A DNA stretch of 64,000 nt. Origin: Euprymna scolopes (taxonomy: Eukaryota). The position numbers were made by a program, and so were the translations under genes. The DNA is taken from assembly GCA_053919585.1 (NCBI GenBank), contig CM132828.1; one strand, written 5' to 3'. The notes below the pieces were generated by a model. The model saw only the letters and a list, made by a program, of their open reading frames with translations, did no database searches and was not told the DNA's origin. Shown here piece after piece: positions 38,706 through 53,900 of this stretch. Numbering within the stretch: position 1 is the first letter of the stretch; every line of letters begins with the position of its first letter.

Positions 38706-41700
38706 GCTTACAGAGTTTTTAAACAGATCTAATTTATTCGACAGCTTTTTTTGCATACAGAGTTTTTTAACAGATCTAATTTATTCGACAGCTTTTTTGC
38801 CTACAGATTTTTAAAACAGATCTAATTTATTCGACAGCTTTTTTGCCTACAGACTTTTTAAACAGATCTAATTTATTCGACAGCTTTTTTTTGCCTACAG
38901 AGTTTTTAAACAGATCTAATTTATTCGACAGCTTTTTTAGCCTACAGAGTTTTTAAACAGATCTAATTTATTCGACAGCTTTTTTTTTGCCTACAGAGTT
39001 TTTAAACATATCTAATTTATTCGACAGCTTTTTTTACCTACAGAGTTTTTAAACAGGTCTAATTTATTCGACAGCTTTTTTTGCATACAGAGTTTTTAAA
39101 CAGATCTAATTCATTCGACAGCTTTTTTTGCCTACAGAGTTTTTAAACAGATCTTATTCATTCGACAGCTTTTTTTGCCTACAGAGTTTTTAATCAGATC
39201 TAATTTATTCGACAACTTTTTTGCCTACAGATTTTTTAAACAGATCTAATTTATTCGACAGCTTTTTTTTGCCTACAGAGTTTTTAAACAGATCTAATTT
39301 ATTCGACGGCTTTTTTTGCCTACAGAGTTTTTAAACAGATCTCATTTATTCGACAGCTTTTTTTGCCTACAGAGTTTTTAAACAGATCTAATTTATTCGA
39401 CAGTTTTTTTTGCCTAAAGAGTTTTTAAACAGATCTAATTTATTCGACAGCTTTTTTGCCTACAGAGTTTTAAAACAGATCTAATTTATTCGACAGCTTT
39501 TTTTGCCTACAGAGTTTTTAAACAGATCTAATTTATTCGACAGCTTTTTTTGCCTACAGAGTTTTTAAACAGATCTAATTTATTCGACAGCTTTTTTTTG
39601 CCTACAGACTTTTTAAACAGATCTAATTTATTCGACAGCTTTTTTTTGCCTACAGAGTTTTTAAACAGGTCTAATTTATTCGACAGCTTTTTTTGCATAC
39701 AGAGTTTTTAAACAGATCTAATTCATTCGACAGCTTTTTTTGCCTACAGAGTTTTTAAACAGATCTAATTCATTCGACAGCTTTTTTTGCCTACAGAGTT
39801 TTTAATCAGATCTAATTTATTCGACAACTTTTTTGCCTACAGATTTTTTAAACAGATCTAATTTATTCGACAGCTTTTTTTGCCTACAGAGTTTTTAAAC
39901 AGATCTAATTTATTCGACGGCTTTTTTTGCCTACAGAGTTTTTAAACAGATCTAATTTATTCGACAGCTTTTTTTGCCTACAGAGTTTTTAAACAGATCT
40001 AATTTATTCGACAGTTTTTTTGCCTAAAGAGTTTTTAAACAGATCTAATTTATTCGACAGCTTTTTTGCCTACAGAGTTTTAAAACAGATCTAATTTATT
40101 CGACAGCTTTTTTTGCCTACAGAGTTTTTAAACAGATCTAATTTATTCGACAGCTTTTTTTGCCTACAGAGTTTTTAAACAGATCTAATTTATTCGACAG
40201 CTTTTTTTTGCCTACAGAGTTTTAAAACAGATCTAATTTATTCGACAGCTTTTTTTGCCTACAGACTTTTTAAACAGATCTAATTTATTCGACAGCTTTT
40301 TTTTGCCTACAGAGTTTTTAAACAGATCTAATTTATTCGACAGTTTTTTTTGCCTACAGAATTTTTAAACAGATCTAATTTATTCGACAGCTTTTTTTGC
40401 CTACAGAGTTTTTAAACATATCTAATTTATTCGACAGCTTTTTTTACCTACAGAGTTTTTAAACAGGTCTAATTTATTCGACAGCTTTTTTGCCTACAGA
40501 GTTTTTAAACAGATCTAATTTATTCGACAGCTTTTTTTGCCTACAGAATTTTTAAACAGATCTAATTCATTCGACAGCTTTTTTTGCATACAGAGTTTTT
40601 AAACAGATCTAATTTATTCGACAGCTTTTTTGCCTACAGACTTTTTAAACAGATCTAATTTATTCGACAGCTTTTTTGCATACAGAGTTTTTAAACAGGT
40701 CTAATTTATTCGACAGTTTGTTTTTTGCCTACAGATTTTTTAAACAGATCTAATTTATTCGACAGCTTTTTTTGCCTACAGAGTTTTTAAACAGATCTAA
40801 TTTGTTCGACAGCTTTTTTTTGCCTACACATTTTTTAAACAGATCTAATTTATTCGACAGCTTTGTTTGCCTACAGAGTTTTTAAACAGATCTAATTTAT
40901 TCGACAGTTTTTTTTTGCCTACAGAGTTTTTAAACAGATCAAATTCATTCGACAGCTTTTTTTGCATACAGAGTTTTTAAACAGATCTAATTCATTCGAC
41001 AGCTTTTTTTGCCTACAGAGTTTTTAAACAGATCTAATTCATTCGACAGCTTTTTTTGCCTACAGAGTTTTTAAACAGATCTAATTTATTCGACAACTTT
41101 TTTGCCTACAGATTTTTTAAACAGATCTAATTTATTCGACAGCTTTTTTTTGCCTACAGAGTTTTTAAACAGATCTAATTTATTCGACGGCTTTTTTTGC
41201 CTACAGAGTTTTTAAACAGATCTAATTTATTCGACAGCTTTTTTTTGCCTACAGAATTTTTCAACAGATCTAATTTATTCGACAGCTTTTTTTGCCTACA
41301 GAGTTTTAAAACAGATCTAATTTATTCGACAGCTTTTTTTGCCTACAGACTTTTAAACAGATCTAATTTATTCGACAGCTTTTTTTTGCCTACAGAGTTT
41401 TTAAACAGATCTAATTTATTCGACAGTTTTTTTTTGCCTACAGAATTTTTAAACAGATCTAATTTATTCGACAGCTTTTTTTGCCTACAGAGTTTTTAAA
41501 CAGGTCTAATTTATTCGACAGCTTTTTTGCCTACATAGTTTTTAAACAGATCTAATTTATTCGACAGTTTTTTTTTTGCCTACAGAATTTTTAAACAGAT
41601 CTAATTCATTCGACAGCTTTTTTTGCATACAGAGTTTTTAAACAGATCTAATTTATTCGACAGCTTTTTTGCCTACAGACTTTTTAAACAGATCTAATTT

Positions 41701-42499
41701 ATTCGACAGCTTTTTTGCATACAGAGTTTTTAAACAGGTCTAATTTATTCGACAGCTTTTTTTGCCTACAGAGTTTTTAAACAGATCTAATTTATTCGAC
41801 AGCTTTTTTTGCCTACAGAATTTTTAAACATATCTAATTTATTCGACAGCTTTTTTTACCTACAGAGTTTTTAAACAGGTCTAATTTATTCGACAGCTTT
41901 TTTTGCATACAGAGTTTTTAAACAGGTCTAATTTATTCGACAGCTTTTTTTGCCTACAGAGTTTTTAAACAGATCTAATTTATTCGACAGCTTTTTTTGC
42001 CTACAGAATTTTTAAACAGATCTAATTTATTCGACAGCTTTTTTTTGCCTACAGAGTTTTTAAACAGATCTAATTTATTCGACAGCTTTTTTTTGCCTAC
42101 AGACTTTTTAAACAGATCTAATTTATTCGACAGCTTTTTTTTGCCTACAGAGTTTTTAAACAGATCTAATTTATTCGACAGCTTTTTTTGCCTACAGAGT
42201 TTTTAAACAGATCTAATTTATTCGACAGCTTTTTTGCCTACACATTTTTTAAAGAGATCTAATTTATTCGACAGCTTTTTTTGCCTACAGACTTTTTACA
42301 CAGGTCTAATTTATTCGACAGCTTTTTTGCCTACAGAATTTTTAAACAGATCTAATTTATTCGACAGCTTTTTTTTGCCTACAGAATTTTTAAACAGATC
42401 TAATTTATTCGACAGCTTTTTTTGCCTACAGAGTTTTAAAACAGATCTAATTCATTCGACAGCTTTTTTTGCCTACAGACTTTTTAAACAGATCTAATT

Positions 42500-45400
42500 T
42501 ATTCGACAGCTTTTTTTTGCCTACAGAGTTTTTAAACAGATCTAATTTATTCGACAGCTTTTTTAGCCTACAGAGTTTTTAAACAGATCTAATTTATTCG
42601 ACAGTTTGTTTTTTTTCCTACAGAATTTTTAAACAGATCTAATTTATTCGACAGCTTTTTTTACCTACAGAGTTTTTAAACAGGTCTAATTTATTCGACA
42701 GCTTTTTTTGCATACAGAGTTTTTAAACAGATCTAATTTATTCGACAGCTTTTTTTGCCTACAGAGTTTTTAAACAGATCTAATTTATTCGACAGTTTGT
42801 TTTGCCTACAGAATTTTTAAACAGATCTTATTCATTCGACAGCTTTTTTTGCCTACATAGTTTTTAAACAGATCTAATTTATTCGACAGCTTTTTTTGCC
42901 TACAGAGTTTTTAAACAGGTCTAATTTATTCGACAGCTTTTTTTTGCCTACAGAGTTTTAAACAGGTCTAATTTATTCGACAGCTTTTTTTGCCTACAGA
43001 GTTTTTAAACAGATCTAATTTATTCGACAGCTTTTTTTTGCCTACAGAGTTTTTAAACAGATCTAATTTATTCGACAGTTTTTTTTGCCTACAGAGTTTT
43101 TAAACAGATCTAATTTATTCGACAGCTTTTTTTGCATACAGAGCTTTTAAACAGATAAAATTAATTCGACAGCTTTTTTGCCTTCAGACTTTTTAAACAG
43201 ATCTAATTTATTCGACAGCTTTTTTTTGCCTACAGAGTTTTTAAACAGGTCTAATTTATTCGACAGCTTTTTTTGCCTACAGAGTTTTTAAACAGATCTA
43301 ATTCATTCGACAGATTTTTTGCCTACAGAGTTTTTAAACAGATCTAATTCATTCGACAGCTTTTTTTGCCTACAGAGTTTTTAAACAGATCTAATTTATT
43401 CGACAACTTTTTTGCCTACAGAGTTTTTAAACAGATCTAATTTATTCGACAGCTTTTTTTTGCCTACAGAGTTTTTAAACAGATCTAATTTATTCGACGG
43501 CTTTTTTGCCTACAGAGTTTTTAAACAGATCTAATTTATTCGACAGCTTTTTTTGCCTACAGAGTTTTTAAACAGATCTAATTTATTCGACAGCTTTTTT
43601 TGCCAAAAGAGTTTTTATACAGATCTAATTTATTCGACAGCTTTTTTGCCTACAGAGTTTTAAAACAGATCTAATTTATTCGACAGCTTTTTTTGCCTAC
43701 AGAGTTTTTAAACAGATCTAATTTATTCGACAGCTTCTTTTTTGCCTACAGAGTTTTTAAACAGATCTAATTTATTCGACAGCTTTTTTTTGCCTACAGA
43801 CTTTTTAAACAGATCTAATTTATTCGACAGTTTTTTTTGCCTACAGAGTTTTTAAACAGATCTAATTTATTCGACAGCTTTTTTTGCCTACAGAGTTTTT
43901 AAACAGATCTAATTTGTTCGACAGCTTTTTTTTGCCTACACATTTTTTAAACAGATCTTGTTTATTCGACAGCTTTTTTTGCCTACAGAGTTTTTAAACA
44001 GGTATAATTTATTCGACAGCTTTTTTTCCTACAGAATTTCTAAACAGATCTAATTTATTCGACAGCTTTTTTTTGCCTACAGAATTTTTAAACAGATCTA
44101 ATTTATTCGACAGCTTTTTTTGCCTACAGAGTTTTTAAACAGATCTAATTTATTCGACAGCTTTTTTTTGCCTACAGAGTTTTTAAACAGATCTAATTTA
44201 TTCGACAGCTTTTTTAGCCTACAGAGTTTTTAAACAGATCTAATTTATTCGACAGTTTGTTTTTTTTCCTACAGAATTTTTAAACAGATCTAATTTATTC
44301 GACAGCTTTTTTTACCTACAGAGTTTTTAAACAGGTCTAATTTATTCGACAGCTTTTTTTGCATACAGAGTTTTTAAACAGATCTAATTTATTCGACAGC
44401 TTTTTTTGCCTACAGAGTTTTTAAACAGATCTAATTTATTCGACAGTTTGTTTTGCCTACAGAATTTTTAAACAGATCTAATTCATTCGACAGCTTTTTT
44501 TGCCTACATAGTTTTTAAACAGATCTAATTTATTCGACAGCTTTTTTTGCCTACAGAGTTTTTAAACAGGTCTAATTTATTCGACAGCTTTTTTTTGCCT
44601 ACAGAGTTTTAAACAGGTCTAATTTATTCGACAGCTTTTTTTGCCTACAGAGTTTTTAAACAGATCTAATTTATTCGACAGCTTTTTTTTGCCTACAGAG
44701 TTTTTAAACAGATCTAATTTATTCGACAGTTTTTTTTGCCTACAGAGTTTTTAAACAGATCTAATTTATTCGACAGCTTTTTTTGCATACAGAGCTTTTA
44801 AACAGATAAAATTAATTCGACAGCTTTTTTGCCTTCAGACTTTTTAAACAGATCTAATTTATTCGACAGCTTTTTTTTGCCTACAGAGTTTTTAAACAGG
44901 TCTAATTTATTCGACAGCTTTTTTTGCCTACAGAGTTTTTAAACAGATCTAATTCATTCGACAGATTTTTTGCCTACAGAGTTTTTAAACAGATCTAATT
45001 CATTCGACAGCTTTTTTTGCCTACAGAGTTTTTAAACAGATCTAATTTATTCGACAACTTTTTTGCCTACAGAGTTTTTAAACAGATCTAATTTATTCGA
45101 CAGCTTTTTTTTGCCTACAGAGTTTTTAAACAGATCTAATTTATTCGACGGCTTTTTTGTCTACAGAGTTTTTAAACAGATCTAATTTATTCGACAGCTT
45201 TTTTTGCCTACAGATTTTTTAAACAGATCTAATTTATTCCACAGCTTTTTTTGCCAAAAGAGTTTTTATACAGATCTAATTTATTCGACAGCTTTTTTGC
45301 CTACAGAGTTTTAAAACAGATCTAATTTATTCGACAGCTTTTTTTGCCTACAGAGTTTTTAAACAGATCTAATTTATTCGACAGCTTCTTTTTTGCCTAC

Positions 45401-47450
45401 AGAGTTTTTAAACAGATCTAATTTATTCGACAGTTTTTTTTGCCTACAGAGTTTTTAAACAGATCTAATTTATTCGACAGCTTTTTTTGCCTACAGAGTT
45501 TTTAAACAGATCTAATTTGTTCGACAGCTTTTTTTTGCCTACACATTTTTTAAACAGATCTTGTTTATTCGACAGCTTTTTTTGCCTACAGAGTTTTTAA
45601 ACAGGTCTAATTTATTCGACAGCTTTTTTTCCTACAGAATTTCTAAACAGATCTAATTTATTCGACAGCTTTTTTTTGCCTACAGAATTTTTAAACAGAT
45701 CTAATTTATTCGACAGCTTTTTTTGCCTACAGAGTTTTTAAACAGATCTAATTTATTCGACAGCTTTTTTTTGCCTACAGAGTTTTTAAACAGATCTAAT
45801 TTATTCGACAGCTTTTTTAGCCTACAGAGTTTTTAAACAGATCTAATTTATTCGACAGTTTGTTTTTTTTCCTACAGAATTTTTAAACAGATCTAATTTA
45901 TTCGACAGCTTTTTTTACCTACAGAGTTTTTAAACAGGTCTAATTTATTCGACAGCTTTTTTTGCATACAGAGTTTTTAAACAGATCTAATTTATTCGAC
46001 AGCTTTTTTTGCCTACAGAGTTTTTAAACAGATCTAATTTATTCGACAGTTTGTTTTGCCTACAGAATTTTTAAACAGATCTAATTCATTCGACAGCTTT
46101 TTTTGCCTACATAGTTTTTAAACAGATCTAATTTATTCGACAGCTTTTTTTGCCTACAGAGTTTTTAAACAGGTCTAATTTATTCGACAGCTTTTTTTTG
46201 CCTACAGAGTTTTAAACAGGTCTAATTTATTCGACAGCTTTTTTTGCCTACAGAGTTTTTAAACAGATCTAATTTATTCGACAGCTTTTTTTTGCCTACA
46301 GAGTTTTTAAACAGATCTAATTTATTCGACAGTTTTTTTTGCCTACAGAGTTTTTAAACAGATCTAATTTATTCGACAGCTTTTTTTGCATACAGAGCTT
46401 TTAAACAGATAAAATTAATTCGACAGCTTTTTTGCCTTCAGACTTTTTAAACAGATCTAATTTATTCGACAGCTTTTTTTTGCCTACAGAGTTTTTAAAC
46501 AGGTCTAATTTATTCGACAGCTTTTTTTGCCTACAGAGTTTTTAAACAGATCTAATTCATTCGACAGATTTTTTGCCTACAGAGTTTTTAAACAGATCTA
46601 ATTCATTCGACAGCTTTTTTTGCCTACAGAGTTTTTAAACAGATCTAATTTATTCGACAACTTTTTTGCCTACAGAGTTTTTAAACAGATCTAATTTATT
46701 CGACAGCTTTTTTTTGCCTACAGAGTTTTTAAACAGATCTAATTTATTCGATGGCTTTTTTGCCTACAGAGTTTTTAAACAGATCTAATTTATTCGACAG
46801 CTTTTTTTGCCTACAGAGTTTTTAAACAGATCTAATTTATTCGACAGCTTTTTTTGCCTAAAGAGTTTTTAAACAGATCTAATTTATTCGACAGCTTTTT
46901 TGCCTACAGAGTTTTAAAACAGATCTAATTTATTCGACAGCTTTTTTTGCCTACAGAGTTTTTAAACAGATCTAATTTATTCGACAGCTTCTTTTTTGCC
47001 TACAGAGTTTTTAAACAGATCTAATTTATTCGACAGCTTTTTTTTGCCTACAGACTTTTTAAACAGATCTAATTTATTCGACAGTTTTTTTTGCCTACAG
47101 AGTTTTTAAACAGATCTAATTTATTCGACAGCTTTTTTTGCCTACAGAGTTTTTAAACAGATCTAATTTGTTCGACAGCTTTTTTTTGCATACACATTTT
47201 TTAAACAGATCTTGTTTATTCGACAGCTTTTTTTGCCTACAGAGTTTTTAAACAGGTCTAATTTATTCGACAGCTTTTTTTCCTACAGAATTTCTAAACA
47301 GATCTAATTTATTCGACAGCTTTTTTTGCCTACAGAATTTTTAAACAGATCTAATTTATTCGACAGCTTTTTTTGCCTACAGAGTTTTTAAACAGATCTA
47401 ATTTATTCGACAGCTTTTTTTTGCCTACAGAGTTTTTAAACAGATCTAAT
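42500..47450. repeat. Domain C variant HOR: three tandem copies of a 34-35-monomer unit (1,603-1,651 bp)
   Basis: The marker GAGCTTTTAAACAGATAAAATTAATTCG has its ATAAAA at 43155, 44806 and 46409. Linked variants CCTTCAG, GACAGATTTTTT, CATAG, GATCTTGTTT and GAATTTCT repeat in the same order. Confidence 0.88.
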
Positions 47451-50400
47451 TTATTCGACAGTTTTTTTTGCCTACAGACTTTTTAAACAGATCTAATTTA
47501 TTCGACAGCTTTTTTTGCCTACAGACTTTTTAAACAGATCTAATTTATTCGACAGCTTTTTTTTGCCTACAGAGTTTTTAAACAGATCTAATTTATTCGA
47601 CAGTTTTTTTTTGCCTACAGAATTTTTAAACAGGTCTAATTTATTCGACAGCTTTTTTTGCCTACAGAGTTTTTAAACAGATCTAATTTATTCGACAGCT
47701 TTTTTAGCCTACAGAGTTTTTAACAGATCTAATTCATTCGACAGTTTGTTTTTTGCCTACAGATTTTTTAAACAGATCTAATTTATTCGACAGTTTTTTC
47801 TGCCTACAGAGTTTTTAAACAGATCTAATTTATTCGACAGCTTTTTTGCCTACAGATTTTTAAAACAGATCTAATTTATTCGACAGCTTTTTTGCCTACA
47901 GACTTTTTAAACAGATCTAATTTATTCGACAGCTTTTTTGCCTACAGACTTTTTAAACAGATCTAATTTATTCGACAGCTTTTTTTGCCTACAGAGTTTT
48001 TAAACAGGTCTAATTTATTCGACAGCTTTTTTTGCCTACAGAGTTTTTAAACAGATCTAATTTATTCGACAGCTTTTTTTGCCTACAGAATTTTTAAACA
48101 TATCTAATTTATTCGACAGCTTTTTTTACCTACAGAGTTTTTAAACAGGTCTAATTTATTCGACAGCTTTTTTTGCACACAGAGTTTTTAAACAGGTCTA
48201 ATTTATTCGACAGCTTTTTTTGCCTACAGAGTTTTTAAACAGATCTAATTTATTCGACAGTTTGTTTTGCCTACAGAATTTTTTAACAGATCTAATTCAT
48301 TCGACAGCTTTTTTTGCCTACATAGTTTTTAAACAGATCTAATTTATTCGACAGCTTTTTTTGCCTACAGAGTTTTTAAACAGGTCTAATTTATTCGACA
48401 GCTTTTTTTTGCCTACAGAGTTTTAAACAGGTCTAATTTATTCGACAGCTTTTTTTGCCTACAGAGTTTTTAAACAGATCTAATTTATTCGACAGCTTTT
48501 TTTTGCCTACAGAGTTTTTAAACAGATCTAATTTATTCGACAGTTTTTTTTTGCCTACAGAGTTTTTAAACAGATCTAATTTATTCGACAGCTTTTTTTG
48601 CATACAGAGCTTTTAAACAGATAAAATTAATTCGACAGCTTTTTTGCCTTCAGACTTTTTAAACAGATCTAATTTATTCGACAGCTTTTTCTTGCCTACA
48701 GAGTTTTTAAACAGGTCTAATTTATTCGACAGCTTTTTTTGCCTACAGAGTTTTTAAACAGATCTAATTCATTCGACAGATTTTTTGCCTACAGAGTTTT
48801 TAAACAGATCTAATTCATTCGACAGCTTTTTTTGCCTACAGAGTTTTTAAACAGATCTAATTTATTCGACAACTTTTTTGCCTACAGAGTTTTTAAACAG
48901 ATCTAATTTATTCGACAGCTTTTTTTTGCCTACAGAGTTTTTAAACAGATCTAATTTATTCGACGGCTTTTTTTGCCTACAGAGTTTTTAAACAGATCTA
49001 ATTTATTCGACAGCTTTTTTTGCCTACAGAGTTTTTAAACAGATCTAATTTATTCGACAGCTTTTTTTGCCTAAAGAGTTTTTAAACAGATCTAATTTAT
49101 TCGACAGCTTTTTTGCCTACAGAGTTTTAAAACAGATCTAATTTATTCGACAGCTTTTTTTGCCTACAGAGTTTTTAAACAGATCTAATTTATTCGACAG
49201 CTTCTTTTTTGCCTACAGAGTTTTTAAACAGATCTAATTTATTCGACAGCTTTTTTTTGCCTACAGACTTTTTAAACAGATCTAATTTATTCGACATTTT
49301 TTTTTGCCTACAGAGTTTTTAAACAGATCTAATTTATTCGACAGCTTTTTTTGCCTACAGATTTTTTAAACAGATCTAATTTGTTCGACAGCTTTTTTTT
49401 GCCTACACATTTTTTAAACAGATCTTGTTTATTCGACAGCTTTTTTTGCCTACAGAGTTTTTAAACAGGTCTAATTTATTCCACAGCTTTTTTTCCTACA
49501 GAATTTCTAAACAGATCTAATTTATTCGACAGCTTTTTTTTGCCTACAGAATTTTTAAACAGATCTAATTTATTCGACAGCTTTTTTTGCCTACAGAGTT
49601 TTAAAACAGATCTAATTTATTCGACAGCTTTTTTTGCCTACAGAGTTTTTAAACAGATCTAATTTATTCGACAGCTTTTTTTTGCCTACAGAGTTTTTAA
49701 ACAGATCTAATTTATTCGACAGTTTTTTTTTGCCTACAGAATTTTTAAACAGGTCTAATTTATTCGACAGCTTTTTTTGCCTACAGAGTTTTTAAACAGA
49801 TCTAATTTATTCGACAGCTTTTTTAGCCTACAGAGTTTTTAAACAGATCTAATTTATTCGACAGTTTGTTTTTTGCCTACAGATTTTTTAAACAGATCTA
49901 ATTTATTCGACAGTTTTTTCTGCCTACAGAGTTTTTAAACAGATCTAATTTATTCGACAGCTTTTTTTTGCCTACAGAATTTTTAAACATATCTAATTTA
50001 TTCGACAGCTTTTTTTACCTACAGAGTTTTTAAACAGGTCTAATTTATTCGGCAGCTTTTTTTGCATACAGAGTTTTTAAACAGATCTAATTCATTCGAC
50101 AGCTTTTTTTGCCTACAGAGTTTTTAAACAGATCTAATTCATTCGACAGCTTTTTTTGCCTACAGAGTTTTTAAACAGATCTAATTTATTCGACAACTTT
50201 TTTTACCTACAGAGTTTTTAAACAGGTCTAATTTATTCGACAGCTTTTTTTGCATACAGAGTTTTTAAACAGATCTAATTCATTCGACAGCTTTTTTTGC
50301 CTACAGAGTTTTTAAACAGATCTAATTCATTCGACAGCTTTTTTTGCCTACAGAATTTTTAAACAGATCTAATTTATTCGACAACTTTTTTTTGCCTACA

Positions 50401-53400
50401 GAGTTTTTAAACAGATCTAATTTATTCGACGGCTTTTTTTGCCTACAGAGTTTTTAAACAGATCTAATTTATTCGACAGCTTTTTTTGCCTACAGAGTTT
50501 TTAAACAGATCTAATTTATTCGACAGCTTTTTTTGCCTACAGAGTTTTAAAACAGATCTAATTTATTCGACAGCTTTTTTTGCCTACAGAGTTTTTAAAC
50601 AGATCTAATTTATTCGACAGCTTCTTTTTTGCCTACAGAGTTTTTAAACAGATCTAATTTATTCGACAGCTTTTTTTGCCTACAGAGTTTTTAAACAGAT
50701 CTAATTTGTTCGACAGCTTTTTTTTGCCTACACATTTTTTAAACAGATCTTGTTTATTCGACAGCTTTTTTTGCCTACAGAGTTTTTAAACAGGTCTAAT
50801 TTATTCGACAGCTTTTTTTCCTACAGAATTTCTAAACAGATCTAATTTATTCGACAGCTTTTTTTGCCTACAGAATTTTTAAACAGATCTAATTTATTCG
50901 ACAGCTTTTTTTGCCTACAGAGTTTTTAAACAGATCTAATTTATTCGACAGCTTTTTTTTGCCTACAGAGTTTTTAAACAGATCTAATTTATTCGACAGT
51001 TTTTTTTGCCTACAGACTTTTTAAACAGATCTAATTTATTCGACAGCCTTTTTTGCCTACAGACCTTTTAAACAGATCTAATTTATTCGACAGCTTTTTT
51101 TTGCCTACAGAGTTTTTAAACAGATCTAATTTATTCGACAGTTTTTTTTTGCCTACAGAATTTTTAAACAGGTCTAATTTATTCGACAGCTTTTTTTGCC
51201 TACAGAGTTTTTAAACAGATCTAATTTATTCGACAGCTTTTTTAGCCTACAGAGTTTTTAAACAGATCTAATTTATTCGACAGTTTTTTCTGCCTACAGA
51301 GTTTTTAAACAGATCTAATTTATTCGACAGCTTTTTTGCCTACAGATTTTTAAAACAGATCTAATTTATTCGACAGCTTTTTTGCCTACAGACTTTTTAA
51401 ACAGATCTAATTTATTCGACAGCTTTTTTGCCTACAGACTTTTTAAACAGATCTAATTTATTCGACAGCTTTTTTTGCCTACAGAGTTTTTAAACAGGTC
51501 TAATTTATTCGACAGCTTTTTTTGCCTACAGAGTTTTTAAACAGATCTAATTTATTCGACAGCTTTTTTTGCCTACAGAATTTTTAAACATATCTAATTT
51601 ATTCGACAGCTTTTTTTACCTACAGAGTTTTTAAACAGGTCTAATTTATTCGACAGCTTTTTTTGCATACAGAGTTTTTAAACAGGTCTAATTTATTCGA
51701 CAGCTTTTTTTGCCTACAGAGTTTTTAAACAGATCTAATTTATTCGACAGTTTGTTTTGCCTACAGAATTTTTAAACAGATCTAATTCATTCGACAGCTT
51801 TTTTTGCCTACATAGTTTTTAAACAGATCTAATTTATTCGACAGCTTTTTTTGCCTACAGAGTTTTTAAACAGGTCTAATTTATTCGACAGCTTTTTTTT
51901 GCCTACAGAGTTTTAAACAGGTCTAATTTATTCGACAGCTTTTTTTGCCTACAGAGTTTTTAAACAGATCTAATTTATTCGACAGCTTTTTTTTGCCTAC
52001 AGAGTTTTTAAACAGATCTAATTTATTCGACAGTTTTTTTTTGCCTACAGAGTTTTTAAACAGATCTAATTTATTCGACAGCTTTTTTTGCATACAGAGC
52101 TTTTAAACAGATAAAATTAATTCGACAGCTTTTTTGCCTTCAGACTTTTTAAACAGATCTAATTTATTCGACAGCTTTTTCTTGCCTACAGAGTTTTTAA
52201 ACAGGTCTAATTTATTCGACAGCTTTTTTTGCCTACAGAGTTTTTAAACAGATCTAATTCATTCGACAGATTTTTTGCCTACAGAGTTTTTAAACAGATC
52301 TAATTCATTCGACAGCTTTTTTTGCCTACAGAGTTTTTAAACAGATCTAATTTATTCGACAACTTTTTTGCCTACAGAGTTTTTAAACAGATCTAATTTA
52401 TTCGACAGCTTTTTTTTGCCTACAGAGTTTTTAAACAGATCTAATTTATTCGACGGCTTTTTTTGCCTACAGAGTTTTTAAACAGATCTAATTTATTCGA
52501 CAGCTTTTTTTGCCTACAGAGTTTTTAAACAGATCTAATTTATTCGACAGCTTTTTTTGCCTAAAGAGTTTTTAAACAGATCTAATTTATTCGACAGCTT
52601 TTTTGCCTACAGAGTTTTAAAACAGATCTAATTTATTCGACAGCTTTTTTTGCCTACAGAGTTTTTAAACAGATCTAATTTATTCGACAGCTTCTTTTTT
52701 GCCTACAGAGTTTTTAAACAGATCTAATTTATTCGACAGCTTTTTTTTGCCTACAGACTTTTTAAACAGATCTAATTTATTCGACATTTTTTTTTGCCTA
52801 CAGAGTTTTTAAACAGATCTAATTTATTCGACAGCTTTTTTTGCCTACAGATTTTTTAAACAGATCTAATTTGTTCGACAGCTTTTTTTGCCTACACATT
52901 TTTTAAACAGATCTTGTTTATTCGACAGCTTTTTTTGCCTACAGAGTTTTTAAACAGGTCTAATTTATTCGACAGCTTTTTTTCCTACAGAATTTCTAAA
53001 CAGATCTAATTTATTCGACAGCTTTTTTTTGCCTACAGAATTTTTAAACAGATCTAATTTATTCGACAGCTTTTTTTGCCTACAGAGTTTTAAAACAGAT
53101 CTAATTTATTCGACAGCTTTTTTTGCCTACAGACTTTTTAAACAGATCTAATTTATTCGACAGCTTTTTTTTGCCTACAGAGTTTTTAAACAGATCTAAT
53201 TTATTCGACAGTTTTTTTTTGCCTACAGAATTTTTAAACAGGTCTAATTTATTCGACAGCTTTTTTTGCCTACAGAGTTTTTAAACAGATCTAATTTATT
53301 CGACAGCTTTTTTAGCCTACAGAGTTTTTAAACAGATCTAATTTATTCGACAGTTTGTTTTTTGCCTACAGATTTTTTAAACAGATCTAATTTATTCGAC

Positions 53401-53900
53401 AGTTTTTTCTGCCTACAGAGTTTTTAAACAGATCTAATTTATTCGACAGCTTTTTTTTTGCCTACAGAATTTTTAAACATATCTAATTTATTCGACAGCT
53501 TTTTTTACCTACAGAGTTTTTAAACAGGTCTAATTTATTCGGCAGCTTTTTTTGCATACAGAGTTTTTAAACAGATCTAATTCATTCGACAGCTTTTTTT
53601 GCCTACAGAGTTTTTAAACAGATCTAATTCATTCGACAGCTTTTTTTGCCTACAGAGTTTTTAAACAGATCTAATTTATTCGACAACTTTTTTTACCTAC
53701 AGAGTTTTTAAACAGGTCTAATTTATTCGACAGCTTTTTTTGCATACAGAGTTTTTAAACAGATCTAATTCATTCGACAGCTTTTTTTGCCTACAGAGTT
53801 TTTAAACAGATCTAATTCATTCGACAGCTTTTTTTGCCTACAGAATTTTTAAACAGATCTAATTTATTCGACAACTTTTTTGCCTACAGATTTTTTAAAC
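47100..53900. repeat. Tandem duplication, period ~3,490 bp (~74 monomers)
   Basis: Private variants are paired at an offset of 3490: ATAAAA 48621/52111, TTTTTCTTGCC ~48690/52180, GACATTTT ~49295/52785, TTCGGCAGC ~50051/53541. Confidence 0.87.

Larger units (their letters stand above)
35230..39600. repeat. Local tandem duplication, period 2,188 bp
   Basis: ORF-track hits at 36075/38263, truncated monomers at 36501/38689, and the TTACACAG and ATCTCATTT variants are all offset by ~2188. Confidence 0.85.
25620..41050. repeat. Domain B: two-copy macro-duplication of ~7.6-7.8 kb (~25.6-33.2 kb and ~33.2-41.0 kb)
   Basis: Private variant GAATTGTTAAACATATCTTA at 25631 and 33252; GCTTTGTTTGCC at ~33045 and ~40860. 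TTTAATCAG, GCTTACAG and the 17-bp truncated monomer were seen only in this domain. Confidence 0.78.
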
